From contig CATNEN010000032.1 of NCBI GenBank assembly GCA_950097015.1, positions 2,542,001 through 2,606,000 of the forward strand: a stretch of DNA of 64,000 nucleotides, given 5' to 3'. The first letter of the stretch is position 1. Each line of letters starts with the position of its first letter. Of the stretch, positions 23,311 through 36,688 are shown piece after piece. Source of the DNA: Macrostomum hystrix (taxonomy: Eukaryota; Animalia; Platyhelminthes). Both the position numbers and the translations under genes were made by a program. The notes under the pieces were generated by a model. It was given only the letters and a program-made list of their open reading frames with translations. It was not told the DNA's origin and searched no databases.

Positions 23311-23712
23311 TCAGTAGCCGGAATTGGTCAGGGCCTCTTTGATCTTGGCGGCGGCGAAGTTGACGCGCTGACAGCCGGCCATGGAGGCCTGCTCGCCTTC
23401 GTCGGCCAGGTAGGCACCGACAATCACGGCCTGGCCGGTCCGCATCGCCGACAGGCTGGAGGCGCCGCAGCGGGCGTCGACTTCGCCGTCCTGCAGTCGC
23501 AGGGTCATGAAGCGCCGGCCCTGGAAGGTGAAGGCTGAGAACTCGCCGGCGCTGCCGCGGCCAGTACCGGCCACCAGGGCCTGCACCTCGGCGGCGCTAG
23601 GGCTGCAGTTGGCCGACTGGGCCCAGGTTGAACCGTCCAGGCCGAAGATGGCGGCAATGTTGACGCCCGGATACTGCATCATGTTGTCAACCCAAGGCTG
23701 CCAGGAGGACAT
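23311..23712 (-). CDS. PFN: Profilin, 133 aa, single coding exon
   Basis: MSSWQPWVDNMM N-terminus, AAIFGLDGSTWAQS, FTFQGRRFMTLR, RTGQAVIVGAY and C-terminal ALTNSGY form the typical profilin pattern. An acceptor-like ttctgcag lies just upstream of the ATG. Confidence 0.9.
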   Translation of the reverse strand: MSSWQPWVDNMMQYPGVNIAAIFGLDGSTWAQSANCSPSAAEVQALVAGTGRGSAGEFSAFTFQGRRFMTLRLQDGEVDARCGASSLSAMRTGQAVIVGAYLADEGEQASMAGCQRVNFAAAKIKEALTNSGY

Positions 23713-24879
23713 GTCTGGTAGTTGGCTGCAGAATTCAGTATTCACTAATTACTGGCTTATTGTTAAACTTGCTTAACAATGTGAGACCGAACTTTAATTA
23801 TCACTTCAAAACTTAACTGATTTTAGCATTCTAACAGTAGGACCACCAAGCCATTTTGCAGCCCGTTTTTCTACTAAGGGGGGAAATTAGACAATTATTT
23901 TGCTGCACCCGAACGGACCAATCACACCAAACTTGAGAACAAGGGCCTAATTTATTTGTTACACATCTTCTGAAACGTAAATCAATTCGCCAAACTGATT
24001 ATAACTTGCCAAATCTGTATTTTCAGCTCAGGTATTTTTTCTTGAGTTCACCTGTGACTGTGTACATTGAATTGCATGTATAGCATGTCTTAAATGTACA
24101 TCTATGGCAGACTGCCAAACTGGCAAGTCTTTACAGTTTTTAAAACTACAAGTTACCTATTGAGATGCCTCCAACATTGCTTTCTGAATCACATGCAAGT
24201 AGTTTATGACTGCTTGTCTGCAGTGGCCAGCAGAATAGAGGACTATGTAGTGATCTAGCAGAGTGACTTTTCCTATTATAAGTAATTCTAGCATGTCATG
24301 TGTCATGGCATGAGTGGAAGGTCACTTTTTCTATCAAAAAAAACTCACAAAAAATTAATTTTAAATTGTCAATCATCTTGATCTGCACCTATTAATTCCT
24401 TGGGAAAAAAAGCAAAACAATGTTCCAATTCTGTTGGCAAGTCACTTTTGGCTGACGACCATCTTTCTAAGACAACAAAATATTTATGCCCTCACTTTGA
24501 TGCAACACAGTGGTGGTGCACTCTTATGACAAAAGGCTTAAGAAAACTTAAACATATATAATAAAAGTGTATATAGCAGGTCCCTTTTGGCAGCCTATTC
24601 TAGAAAGGCATCACCACTCAGTGCCCTCCTAGACCTTTGCACTCTAGAGGCCCCACTTAAGCTGTGATTGGCCCCTGGGGCACTGCAGGTTGCAACAAAT
24701 GAGCTAGCTGATGCAGTAGCATAGCCAATACCAGTGCACCAATCTCACTATGTAGCATGAAAGCAGCCATCTGATGCCAACTCACTGACCCACCTATCTT
24801 GCATATTCTGGACAGCAGCCTCTTAATAATAATAATAATTGCAGGAGGGCTGCAGGCTGTGGCACATCACTTAGTGACA

Positions 24880-25185
24880 CTAGACCAGCAGCCAGCAGGG
24901 AGGCAATGCTGCCCATTTTGCTGACTCCTGAGCACACACTGCACAGATACTGTACACAGGCATATGCTTACACAGGTGTGCACCTCTGCCCTAAATTTCT
25001 CATTGTCAGGCAGTGTACATTTAACTGTGCCTTGGAGGTTGGCCCTCAAGGGCATAAATTGCACAACAAGCCCCCAAGCCTTCTCTCCATGGCTGCGCCC
25101 CAAATAAATGTGGTCTCACCATGGAATCAAACTTAGGGACCGTGGTGCGAGAGGCACATGTGATAACTACTCTGCCACTGACCCC
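24880..25185 (-). mobile_element. tRNA-derived SINE-like element, most complete copy
   Basis: A-box-like TGGCAGAGTAGTTA and B-box-like AGTTTGATTCC, followed by a body (GAGAGAAGGCTTGGGGGCTTG..GGGCCAACCTCCAAGGCACAG..CTGCCTGACAATGAGAAA) shared with three other loci in the window. Confidence 0.6.
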
Positions 25186-25565
25186 CTAGCTGCCTCTTAC
25201 TGCACTGTAAATTGCCAATAGGACCAGACTGAGCTCTACTCTACTTAGGTCACTGCAGCCAAATACATGTTTATATATAACAGCATAGTCAACCCACATG
25301 CCAACCCAACCTACCTCCACTGCAATACAGGCTGTACAGCCCTTAAAGATGAGGAGCACTGACCCTAATATCTGGCCCTATGAAGGTCAGGGACAGGCTG
25401 ACCATCTTTGAAAAAGATTACCTTAACCTGAGGCTTGAGGCCAAAATGGTTTTGGGCCAAAAATGATTATGGCCACAACAATCAGTTACCAGCTATTGAA
25501 AATTTCTAAAGATATATGAATTCTAGCTGGCAAAAAGAAAACTACATATGAATATTGATAGGCGA

Positions 25566-25850
25566 CTTGACTCAACAAATAGCAAAAACAAAAATGTTTG
25601 CTATAAGTCTTTAGTATTTGAGACCTTGTCATTAGTATTGTCCAAATTTTAGGTGATTTTAGACGACTCAAATTTTGGCAACTCTAAATTATTTTACAAT
25701 GAATTTGAGTTCGGGGCAGTAAGACAAGTAAGAAAACGTAAAAATAATTTCGTTTTCGACTAAAAATCGACTCAACAAATAGCAAAAACAAAAATGTTTG
25801 CTTTAAGTCTTTAGTAATTGAGACATTAGTATTGTCCAATTTTTTTTCAA
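25566..25850. repeat. ~85-bp direct duplication
   Basis: gactcaacaaatagcaaaaacaaaaatgtttgct..attagtattgtccaa occurs at ~25568 and ~25770. Confidence 0.8.
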
Positions 25851-27875
25851 ACAGACTTCCTGACTTATAGTCATTAGCTTGAAAGCAAAACTGTGACCTT
25901 ACTAATTGAAACTCGCCAAAAGATTAACTTTTTTTATCTTTGTTGCTTTGTTAAGGAAACCAGGCTTAAGAAATGGTTAAATATAAACCACCCTTTACAA
26001 GTAGACAATAATAGGAAGCGATTTGTAACTAGTGTTAAATGCAACTTTTAATGTAATTATGTAATTAAAGAACTGTATATTATATAAGCAAATGATAAAT
26101 TTGGAAATAGTTAGAAAATGTGCGAATTACGAATTACATACATGTAATGTAAAAGCCATAAATCAGAAACAAGCAAATACTTTCTTAGAACTTAACCGTG
26201 TAAATGCGCGGATATCAGGTGATTAGTTAAACAACACTGTGATAACGAGAAACAAATACTCTCCTGTATTTGCAATACATTTTGATTATTAGATCGCTAT
26301 AAAGTAACATTATTTAACTCCCAGCTAACTTGCTAGATTGTATTTAACGAAAAGTTGTTAAGATGCACACACTGTTCATGTTGTTTACTCTCTTGGTGTG
26401 TCACACCAATCGAATTAAAAATCCGAAACATTTTAGTAAATATGAGAATATAGTACATATATTTATTTATCACGAGTATATTTATCACGAATTTATCACG
26501 ACCGTTCGTATAGTTAATTCCCGTACTTCAGATCGAGTTGCGCTTAGATGATCCTGCTCGGGAAGAGATCGGAAATCAATAGTACGAGCGTAATTGAAAT
26601 TGCTTTTATGCCGCCTGATCTCCGCGTGTACTTCGTGAAATTGCACACTATGCCTAATTACTTGAAAAGTAAGTGATCAGCTTATTAAGGTGCTTGTCAT
26701 GAAGACAGACGAGGAAATTTATTTTATATACCGAAAATATACGAACAAAAAATGAAGGAAGGAATACCAGTGCAAGGGTCCACGCAAAGCATGAATTCAA
26801 CATAATGCCAATGGCGGACTAGAACTATATACAGTAAATGCGATCGTACCTAGTTTGCTGATATGCGCAAAAAGATAATATTGAATGACAAATTGTCTCA
26901 CTTAATTATCTGTTGCCAAATGCAACACAACCAAAAACCAGGAAAGAAAAGAGGACTCGAAAGAAAGCATATTTTTGTCCACTCCAAGGCATGTGAGAGA
27001 ATTGCAGACCAACCTGAAAAACATGGGCAAAATCACAGTTGAGATTATGCTTCCGCCCGTCAACTCAAGTGGAGAAATTAATCAAATATACAAATGCAAT
27101 TAATGCGCTGATCGAAGCAATTAATGCAAATAGAATTTCATTGGCCATATTTATAAATTATAATGCTCAGCTAGTCTTTCCGCATGGCAATTACAAACAG
27201 CAGAAAATAGAGAGAGAGGCCAACCTTTATTGACAACTTATCGGTGCACTTATTAGCGACACTGCAGTAGACAGGTAAAAACAAGCTGAGAGAGTCAGCT
27301 GATCTGATCAAAGCAAATGCCCGACTTGCATTGGAACAGAGACATCCTGACACGCAAACAGGCGGGATGAGCAGGGCAAAACATTTTTTCACCTGAAATT
27401 GTACTCACTCATCATCAGAGCCCGATATGGCGATCACTGTGAGAGAATTCATGTACGAATGTACTCAACTGCAACGTGGCTTTGAGCCATTGAGGGAGGG
27501 GCTAATTTGGAGAGCAAAAGAGAGAGTGAGTATGGGGTATGGGGTACTCGGCGGGCATTGAACAGTGCTGCATGCAGAAGAGAGCGCTTTGGGAGAAGGG
27601 AAAGCAGGGCATTAACTGAGGAGAAGCCTCGGTCTCAGTCCTACGTCGTTGCCTGGTCGTCGCTCGTCAGCCTCAACCCACCTATGGAGGATGGACGGAC
27701 AGCAACGTGTTTCGCACAAGACTGATGTCTCCCTAATATCGCGGCTGCCGCACACACCTGGTGGGTGGAAAGGTTCTCACCTATAATATTTTTTATAAAA
27801 GAGAGACCTTTTTAAGCTACACCTGTTTCTGAGCCCACAATGCGCAAACAATTCAACTGACTACGGCGCGCTACC

Positions 27876-30800
27876 ATGTCAACTAGTCGCAGCCAAGACT
27901 ACCTCTGTTTGGAGAGTGGCCGATATGGCAGCTCTGAGAAAAGCGCTCCCAGCTCATCTGCCTCGGTCGCTGAAAACCGCTTCGTCATGTCCATCAGAGA
28001 GGGCCTGGACTCCACGGTTGATGACGAAATCGGTGACGGCGCTTCGGTGTCTGATCGACGAGCTCTGAGCGAACCAGCCGGCGCGGGCGACTCCGACGAC
28101 GAATCCTCTAACGATGATAACGACAGTCGTGCTGATGACGACTTTGGCAACCCGCTGGCACGACCAGATGCAACACGAACTGGACGTCGGCAGCTGTTTC
28201 CCATTGCGGAGAATTCATCCGAGGATTCCACCGGGATCAGCGAAGCCGACGAGGCCTCCTCGATGTCGCCGCTGTCGCCGCAAGCCGAACTGGAGCTCAA
28301 GTATCGACTGCTAGGTAAAACAATCGGACGAGCTTTTAAAGGTTACGTTTGATGCGTTCGAATAACTGCGTGTTCGCATGGTGTCATAATTCCCTAAGCG
28401 GGAATTAAATTTATTATTTATTTAATTAAGCCAGAGCCTAAGTTTGTCCTTTCAGCTTTGTTGCTCGTAAAAACTGGAATTCGTCGCAATTTCAGATTTG
28501 TTGGATTTCTAGCTTTTACGCTCGTTGGTTTGCTGAATCTTGTCTTCGAAATTGTCGAACACACGAAAACTAGGTTTTCTTTCATCTTTCTTCAACTAGG
28601 ATAGAAAATTTCTGTCTAAAAGGTCCCAGCAAATGTCATTCTTGAAAGAAATCCTAACCCAAATTTAATTTGCCTGCCGTGGGGATCGAATGTTGTCCAT
28701 AAGTCGACACAATTTTGTTTCAATGGCATTCGTAGCGTGGCCAAATTGAGCAACCCCCTAAATGTACTTTTAGTGCACCAATTATGTGCAAAGTTTTTTA
28801 TCAACGCATAGTCCCTGCGTGCCTAGCAACTAACAAAAACGGTTCCCACATAATTTCTACCTTACAAATTGCTTCTCTCCCTCGCATGCCCTCCGCCCGT
28901 CGCCGCCCTGAAGCTCAGGTGTAAACTCTGAGGCAGGCACCGCCAAAAGCCGCCTCGTTTTGAGATTTTATTCTCTGGGGGGGAGAACGGAACAGGCAGC
29001 CGTAGTGATTAGTTAGGAAACTAACTCATCTGTGCCAAATCCCTGACTGGGCAAATACACTTTCTCAGGGTCTGGTACCGCTTGCACAATGCTGGGCGAC
29101 GCCCTCCACAATGTTCAATTCATGCAGCATTCTTCACCATTCACTCAACCAAATTAGACAATGGCTTGGGGAGTGCGGAGCTGTTCAGTGCAATAAAAAC
29201 TGCTCAGCACGGTCGCTACAATCAAGGAAATTAATGGTCAGCGCCAGGAGATCATGCTTGGATGCAAGCCTGGTCACCAATGTCAAGTGGAAGTCTGTTG
29301 TGTAAGGCTAGGCATACATGGGGACAAGTGTGGGTAGTCGGAGATTAAACCAATGGCGAAGTTGGCTGCAGATTTTCTCCTGTCAGCACTGCAACCCCTA
29401 ACCCTGATCCTCACCTTCACCACCCGCCTCAAAATTTCCTTTCCCAAAAATCCTCTTCGGGAGGAATTTGTAGGGAACTATAAGCCATGGCGAGTAGTCC
29501 TTCGCTGCACCCAGTGACTATACAAAGCTGCCGCAAATTTTGGGAACTCAAGGATAAGACTGCAATCAATAAATCTGCGGTGAGTTGCTCTTTTGTCTTC
29601 TCCTCCACCGGCCTATCTTTGTCGGTCCTTTTGTACGGAAATTGTATCTCCAAAGCTTGTTTATATCCACTGCTGGAGTATACATTGGAGTAAACAATGT
29701 CTTAGCAGATTTTACCAACCAAACACTGACTCACATTGACCATGGCTGTGACGTTCTGTCTACTCGTTGGATCGAATTGCATTTGAGAAAAACTACTAAG
29801 AGAATATGCAGTCGCGTGTAGTCTTGTATGTCTGACTAATATATACCACTAACTAACCAAGTCCATAGTACAGCGAATGGAATTCTAACTCGTAACGATG
29901 TACCGCTTGCAGATTCAGCCGATACTGCTAGACGAGCTTTGGAGAAATTCTTGGTGAGTTTGCACTTTTAAGCACTTTTTAAAACACTATTTTAAATTCT
30001 CGAAAATTCAGAGATTTCTATTTATATTTTTGTCTTTTTTCGTAAAGTTTTTCCATCTGATCGTGCCTCTTCATAAATGGTAGACTTAAAAAAGTTCTTT
30101 CTGTAGAGACGGAGAAGCCGGAGCAGAAGTACTCTATGAAATTGGCTTTCATGTTCACTCTCTCAGGCAGATTAAATTTTGCATCAGCCAAAAGCAGCAT
30201 CTTCGTTTAGCGCTATCAACATAAATAATTGATGAGGTCATTGCCAGCAACCCGTAGCCCATGTCGCTACAGATTCACATAATTGAATTTGAAATGGAAG
30301 CAGTCGGGACATGTTTAAAGAATAATCGGATGATTGATGCAAACAATTTTGAAATGGTTTTGAAGCATCACATCAGAATTTGTTGGTAAATTTGTTTGCT
30401 TAACAAAATCGACCTAACAAGACGACATGTCTCTAGCGCAGACGGAATTCTTTCGTGACTTCATGAGAGTTTTATGAGTCCGAAGCTTCACGACTCCGAA
30501 GCTTCACGACTCCGAAACTTGACGACTCCGAAGCTTGACGACTCCGAAACTTGACGACTCCGAGACTTGACGACTCCGAAACTTCATGAGTCCGAAACTT
30601 CACGACTCCGAAACTTCACGACTCCGAAGCTTCACGAATCCGAAGCTTCACGACTCCGAAACTTCAAGACTCCGAAACTTCATGAGTCCGAAACTTGACT
30701 ACTTTGAAACTTCACGACTCCGAAACTTCATGAGTCCGAAACTTGACGACTCCGAAACTTCACGACTCCGAAACTTCATGAGTCCGAAACTTGACGACTC

Positions 30801-33800
30801 CGAAACTGCATGAGTCCCAAACTTGACGACTCCGAACTTCACTACTTTGAAACTTCACGATTCCGAACTTCACGACTCCGAAACTTCACGTCTCCGAAAC
30901 TTGACGACTCGAAACTTCACTACTTTGAAACTTCACAACTCCGAAACTTCACAACTCCGAAACTTCATGAGTCCCAAACTTGACGACTCCGAACTTCACT
31001 ACTTTGAAACTTCACGACTCCGAAACTTCACGACTCCGAAACTTCACGACTCCGAAACTTTACGTCTCCGAAACTGACGACTCCGAAACTTCACGACTCC
31101 GAAACTTGACGACTCCGAAACTTTTGTCTCCGAAACTTGACGACTCCGAAGCTTGAGGACTCCGAAACTTGACGACTCCGAGACTTGACGAATCCGAAAC
31201 TTCACGACTCCGAAGCTTGACGACTCCGAAACTTCACGACTCCGAGACTTGACGACTCCGAAACTTCACGAAGTGTGAAGTGCAGTACGTGAAACTCGCA
31301 ACTCGTAACGTCGCCCATTTAGAAAGATTTTTAAAAGAAAAACAGTAATAAACTAGGCTAGGATTCTGCGAATCTTTCTTTCTTTCTTTTAAGTTCTTTC
31401 AAAACTTTACTGACAGCTGCCAATAAACCTTCAAGTGTAGCCAGCAAACCAAGGCTGGGGCTAAGTAATGCCATACCTTAGGTACTCTTAGCTTTGTGTT
31501 CCGATCGCTCAGGAAATAGGAGACAATGGAGCCTACTAAAATGATTGAAAAACCACAGAGGACTGGGCAAACAATGAAGGCATGGCCAGATGGTGATTAC
31601 AAAAGCAGGCGGCGATTCGGAGGCCCCCGCCAGCAGCAGATGCTTGAAGCCAGCAAGAGAAATGATCGACATGCACAGCCAATCTCCATCTCAGTGCATA
31701 AAAGGCCACTCACTGCTCCTTGGTCCGATGCTGGAACCCAGTTATAGCATTTTCTCTCGCCCCCTCACAACCCAATCTCTCTTTTTGCCTGTTTTTCTTT
31801 CAACACAGTCGGGGCCTCTTTAGTCTAAAGTTCCCTGGCCAACTGCCGGGGCAGAGGGGAAATAAAAGAGGCCTGGAGGGAAGCTGTTGAGGTCTGCCTG
31901 GCGTAGAGCAGGGTCTGACAGCAACAGAACTTCAGGGGGAAAATGGCGGACCAGTGGGATAAGCCAAAAGGGTGGAATTTTTCCCCGTCCACACAGTCCC
32001 TGCTTCCCTCATATAGCAAATATCGCCCAGCTTTCCTGCTCAGGAAGTGCTCAGAAGCAGCGGGTGCCCGCGGCTTTGGCGTTCAGCCTCATTCCCAGCC
32101 AGGGACAATATCAGCTCGAGCTGCTGCCGGCGCAAAACTCTGCGTCCACCGCACGAAACATTCCAGAATCTCGCATCGGAAGACCCGGAAAACAGCTCGG
32201 ACTCCAGCGATGACAGCCCGGGAGGCGATTTGAAGCTGATTGCCAACGACATGCAGCAGCGTCGACGCGATCGAGTCGGCGTCTGGCACCGTCTGGACGT
32301 CATCAGCGAGGCCGCGGACGATCGAACGCCCAGTTTAGAGAGCAAGGAGGAGGGGGAGGTGGACCTTGAACGTGAGTTTCATAGTCAGTTCGACTACAGC
32401 GGCCGTGGCAGCTCGCAGCAGCGACTTACAACTCGACGTCGACCCCAGCCCGATGGACTAGCGAGTGAACCGCTCTGGCAGCTGCAGCAGCAGCAGCAAA
32501 TCGAAGAGCAGAGCTACCAACCACTGTTCGACCTTATTCAACCTGCCGGTAAGCTTGACTTGCTTGACTTATCCACAGGGCGATCCGTAGAAGCTGCAGG
32601 GAGGCAAGAGTCGCCCATTCCGCCAATACCTAAATGATCCGCTTCAGCCCGTAGTGCGGGGCACTTCAGGGAGGTTTACCGGTCATTTCTGCGGCAAACT
32701 CTTTGCTAGGGACGAAGGAGGCTCGTCTGGTAGCCTTGAAGAGCCATTCGAGCCGTGTGATGGTCACGGGGTGGGTGCTTTCACAAACACGAAATTTCAC
32801 AATGTCGAAGCAAGGGAGCTTCATAAACCCGAATCGCGTAACGCCGAAGTTTCCGAACGCCGAGAAATGTCAGAAGGTCGAAATTTCATAAATTCATAAA
32901 TTTCTTCAGGACCTGTTGGTTGTCTGCCAGTTGGACGCAGTCTAGTGTGGTGTGACAGAGCTCTAAGAGCGGCCTGGCTGTCCTCAGTAAGCTCGTAGTT
33001 TGAACTGTTTTGCCTGAGCCAGCCCTGGGACAAAACGATCGAATGTCGCTCGTAGCTGGTTGAAGAATTCGCACCAATTTTCCGATTGACGCTCTAGAAA
33101 TATTGATTTCGGCTCGGGCAGGGACTAGTACTACGTGCGCATACTTGGGATAGCGGGTGATTCTATATTCGCCTAATTTGCATTATTTATGGGCAGCCAG
33201 CTGCGCCAGACCAGGTTCGCCAGTGTGATTTACGCCGAAAATGAAGAGCTTGTTTAGCCTCGAAGTGCAAATTAGTGTGTGGGAAAACTTGAGCCGAACT
33301 GTACGCGAAAGTTGAGCCACCCTTCCTACTAATCGCTGTCCCGCCTCACATTCTCTCCGCTCGCACAGGCGGACTCGTGACCGCCGTGGCCTCGTCCAGG
33401 GCGCTGCTCTTTAACTGTTCATCGACTGGTGCACCTTCGGCTATGAACGCGACCGCGGCGGAGGAGGTGGAGGTGCGCGTGACCACCGAAGCCACGGGAC
33501 CCAATCCGAGCGTGGCGTTGGCCAGAGCGGCCGCTAGGGCGGCGGGCGCCGCTAGTGCGGCTGTGAAAAGGAGTCGCAATTATCGCGACAAGCTGGAGGG
33601 CGCAGCGGCAGCGGAGGCGGAGTACCGCATCTTCATATCGACTTCGTGCACACTGCGAGCATCGCGGAACGCGGCAGACAACAGCAAACTGGAGGAGGCA
33701 AGGAGCATTGAGCAGCCTCGACCCGAGGAAGATGTGGTTGAGCTTCTTCACGTGGCGCAGCCTCTGCGGGAAAGTGGCAGCTGGACGGCTACCGACACAG

Positions 33801-36688
33801 ACGATTTCGAGTGTGCCTTCATCTCAGACAGTGAGCCTGGATCACCGACTGCCGACCTAGATCAAAATCAGCAGTCGAATGAGCCTTTGCAACCGTCTGC
33901 ATTTCTGAAGGTGATTCCTGTTCTTCAGGATCAGCAGCGGCGGGGGCGCGCGCCTTGTTCAAATTCATTGCACGCCGACCAGACCAGGCTGCAAGCGGCT
34001 CGAGATGCCTACACGGCGGTGAAATCCGTGCCGGTTCGACCTCGTGCAAGCCGATCGATGCCCCGTTTAAGCAATATCCTCAGGGGTGGCAACGTCGGCG
34101 ACGTCAGTAGTGGCACTGCATCTGCAAATCCACTTCGATGGAGCAACATCAGCACCAGTTCCAGCGGCCTTCGGCAGCTTCGACGCCTAATGGATGACAG
34201 CGAAGCCGTATGCGCCTTCCCCACAATGACAGATGCAGAAGTGAATCAGTTTCACATCAGTTCAAAACAGCAGCGCTCACAGTCATCAACTGCACCCAAG
34301 TCAGTCTCCTTGTTCAACCTTCTGAGCGCTGAAGGCGACAACAGTGGCAGCATTGGCGCCGATGTGTCGCATTCCTGCGCCTCGCTTCTGGAAACTGACA
34401 ACGTTGACAGCTTGACACCCGATGAGAGCTTGAAGAGTAGCTTGAAGAAATTAAAAATGCCATCGAGCCGTCGTCCGGCCGATCCGCAGAAAACCAGCAG
34501 CTCCAGGCTGTTTTTCGACTGGTTGGAGCGTCGCGCTAAGTCGGAGCGTGAGCTGAACATTTGTCGCTCGCTGACTCGGTTGGAGGCGCCCATCTGGCTG
34601 GACAATCTTGCAATGGATGCCGAACCACCGTCGGAGACGAAAACCAAGCTTGCTGAGACCAGGCCTTCATGGCGTCCAAAAGTTGCACCAGTTGAGTCAC
34701 CGATTGGAAGTGCGGATGACGTCACCTGGCGACCGCAATCAATGCGCAGCAGTCTCAGCCTCCCCATGCGTCTGTCCAACCGAGCCGGGACCACCTCTGA
34801 AAGTAATAATTCCGACAACATAAAAGTAACAAAACAGCAGCTGCAGGTGAGCATCGGGTCGGATAAACTGGATGGCAGCGACAGCATTGAGCGATCCAGC
34901 TACTTCACGGAGAGCAGTCTCAACCGGCAGGTGCGTCAGGCAGCGGCAGCTCAGCCTAGACGGCAGACTATCTCAGAGCTCGCGGCACGACTTCGCCGAC
35001 CGCCGCTGCTGCCAGTGACGCTCAAGCCAGAGGACTTCCAACCTAAGCAGAGGGCCACGCAAAGCCTAGCGGATACTCATTTGACCAGCAGCTCAGAAGC
35101 TTCAGCAGTTCAGAAGCGTGATTCAGGAGCTTCAATGGCGTCTCTGTCTACTTCGTCAGGCACGTCAACATCCTCGAATGCCGGATCTACAACCTCGCCA
35201 TCAGCATCAGAGTCGAATACCAGCGCGACAGAGGAGGACTCAGAAGTTGCAGAGGAAGCGGAGGAGTCCACCGTGATTCAGACGTCAGTTGTATTCACTC
35301 GAATCCTGCATCAGCCTGTCGATCGCCGACCAGTGACAGAAGCGCCTGACACAGACAATGCAGCCGAGCCTCTGCCCGGGCTGTTGTCATGCCAAGCTGA
35401 TCCCTCCGGACCGCCAGCTGACTTTGATTCGATGATGGCACCAAAGCTGCTTGAACTAGCGGACATTGAGCTGGAGCGACAGCGCAGCCGTCTAGACGAG
35501 TGGCACCACGACGCTGAGGAAGGGCGCCCGATCAAGGCGCATCAGGCGGAGCTAATGACTGCTATCGATGAAGCAATTCGTTACTTCGACTCGGACAGCA
35601 GCAGCGTTTCTATAAATGGAAATCGACCAGGATCACCTTCGTTAGCAGATGATGACGTTCTTCAGGCTCTGGGCGAGGACAACGCATCGGACGAACTGGC
35701 TCGCGTCCTAGTCGCCCTCGGCAGCACCGGGCAGCGGAAATTGCAGCAGCCTCAACGAATCCTGGCCGAAGCCTGCCAAGGTGTGGTGCGCGAAGGCTGG
35801 CGCTACCTGCTGGAGTGCGCCAACCCTCCCTGTGCCCGACACTGCGAGCTTGGCAAGCGAAACGTTTCCGGCTTCCGGTCTTGCTGGGAGTGCCGCACCT
35901 ACTATTGCAGCCGGAAGTGCCGCTCCGATCATGTTGCAGCGCACGGTCGCTTATGCGGACGCACACGGCGCGTGGACGCCTGCAAGCGGGTAATCGCCGG
36001 CTGCTTGCTGACGGACACATCAAAAGCGGCGACGCTGCTGTCGAATCTGGCGCGTGCATCAGCCCGCTTTCTCGGCTGGCGAGGCTGCCTCCTGCTGGCG
36101 CTTCGTGACCCGGCCGCAGCGGTCCAGTTCGCGGCCACCGATGGCGCAGCCGGGCTACAGCGCCCTCCGGCTCTTCTTGATCTGAAGAATCTCTCCGGCG
36201 ATCTTGCCCTCGCGTGCCGATCCAGCGATCCGGAAGCTGCCTTCGTAGTCTGCGTCGTTGTTGGAGACGGAGTGAAGTGGGCGAAGCTTCGTCTACGTCC
36301 TGCAGCCGCAGAGGCGGATGCGGAGGATGTGGGCGCGGATGTCGAACACAGACGTCGCCATGCCTACCTGGCGCGAGTTGAACGGCTGCTGCGCGATCGC
36401 GGCGTCAGCCTGCGCCGACAGTTTCCGCACCTCCGCGAGAGTCTCGTCGCGTTCGCCGACACCGGAGTGCCGTTCCAGCCGGCCACGATCTATCCCACCG
36501 ACCGAGGCACCGGGCGTGCCTTCGTGTGCCGCCTGTCACCAGATCGAGAGCCCGAGCTCGAGTGGGTGCCGCTGGCCATCACCGTGGCAGAGGACCCAGC
36601 CGCCGTGGTCGCCACTGACCGCGCCCAGCCACGGCTGCGTCAAGCACCATTTTACCGACGCAGGCCGGTTGTGTCGACCGACTTGTAG
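27876..36688 (+). CDS. AJM1: Apical junction molecule 1 (AJM1/C9orf172)-like protein, ~1434 aa, 4 exons
   Basis: Exons 27876-28314, 29913-29953, 32044-32548 and 33369-36688 join in frame (4305 nt). The C-terminus has a MYND-like finger (CANPPC..SCWECRTYYCSRKCRSDH..HGRLC) and LRDRGVSLRRQFP..FQPATIYPTDRGTGRAFVC..LEWV, matching the AJM1 C-terminal domain as recalled. The 5' exon joining is less certain than the last exon. Confidence 0.8.
30475..31270. repeat. 16-bp minisatellite (ACTCCGAAACTTGACG)
   Basis: Tandem units in an AJM1 intron. Confidence 0.92.

Noticed and set aside
28950-30400. Short ORFs in the AJM1 introns that might be retroelement remnants
   Set aside because: No RT, endonuclease or transposase motif could be recognised.
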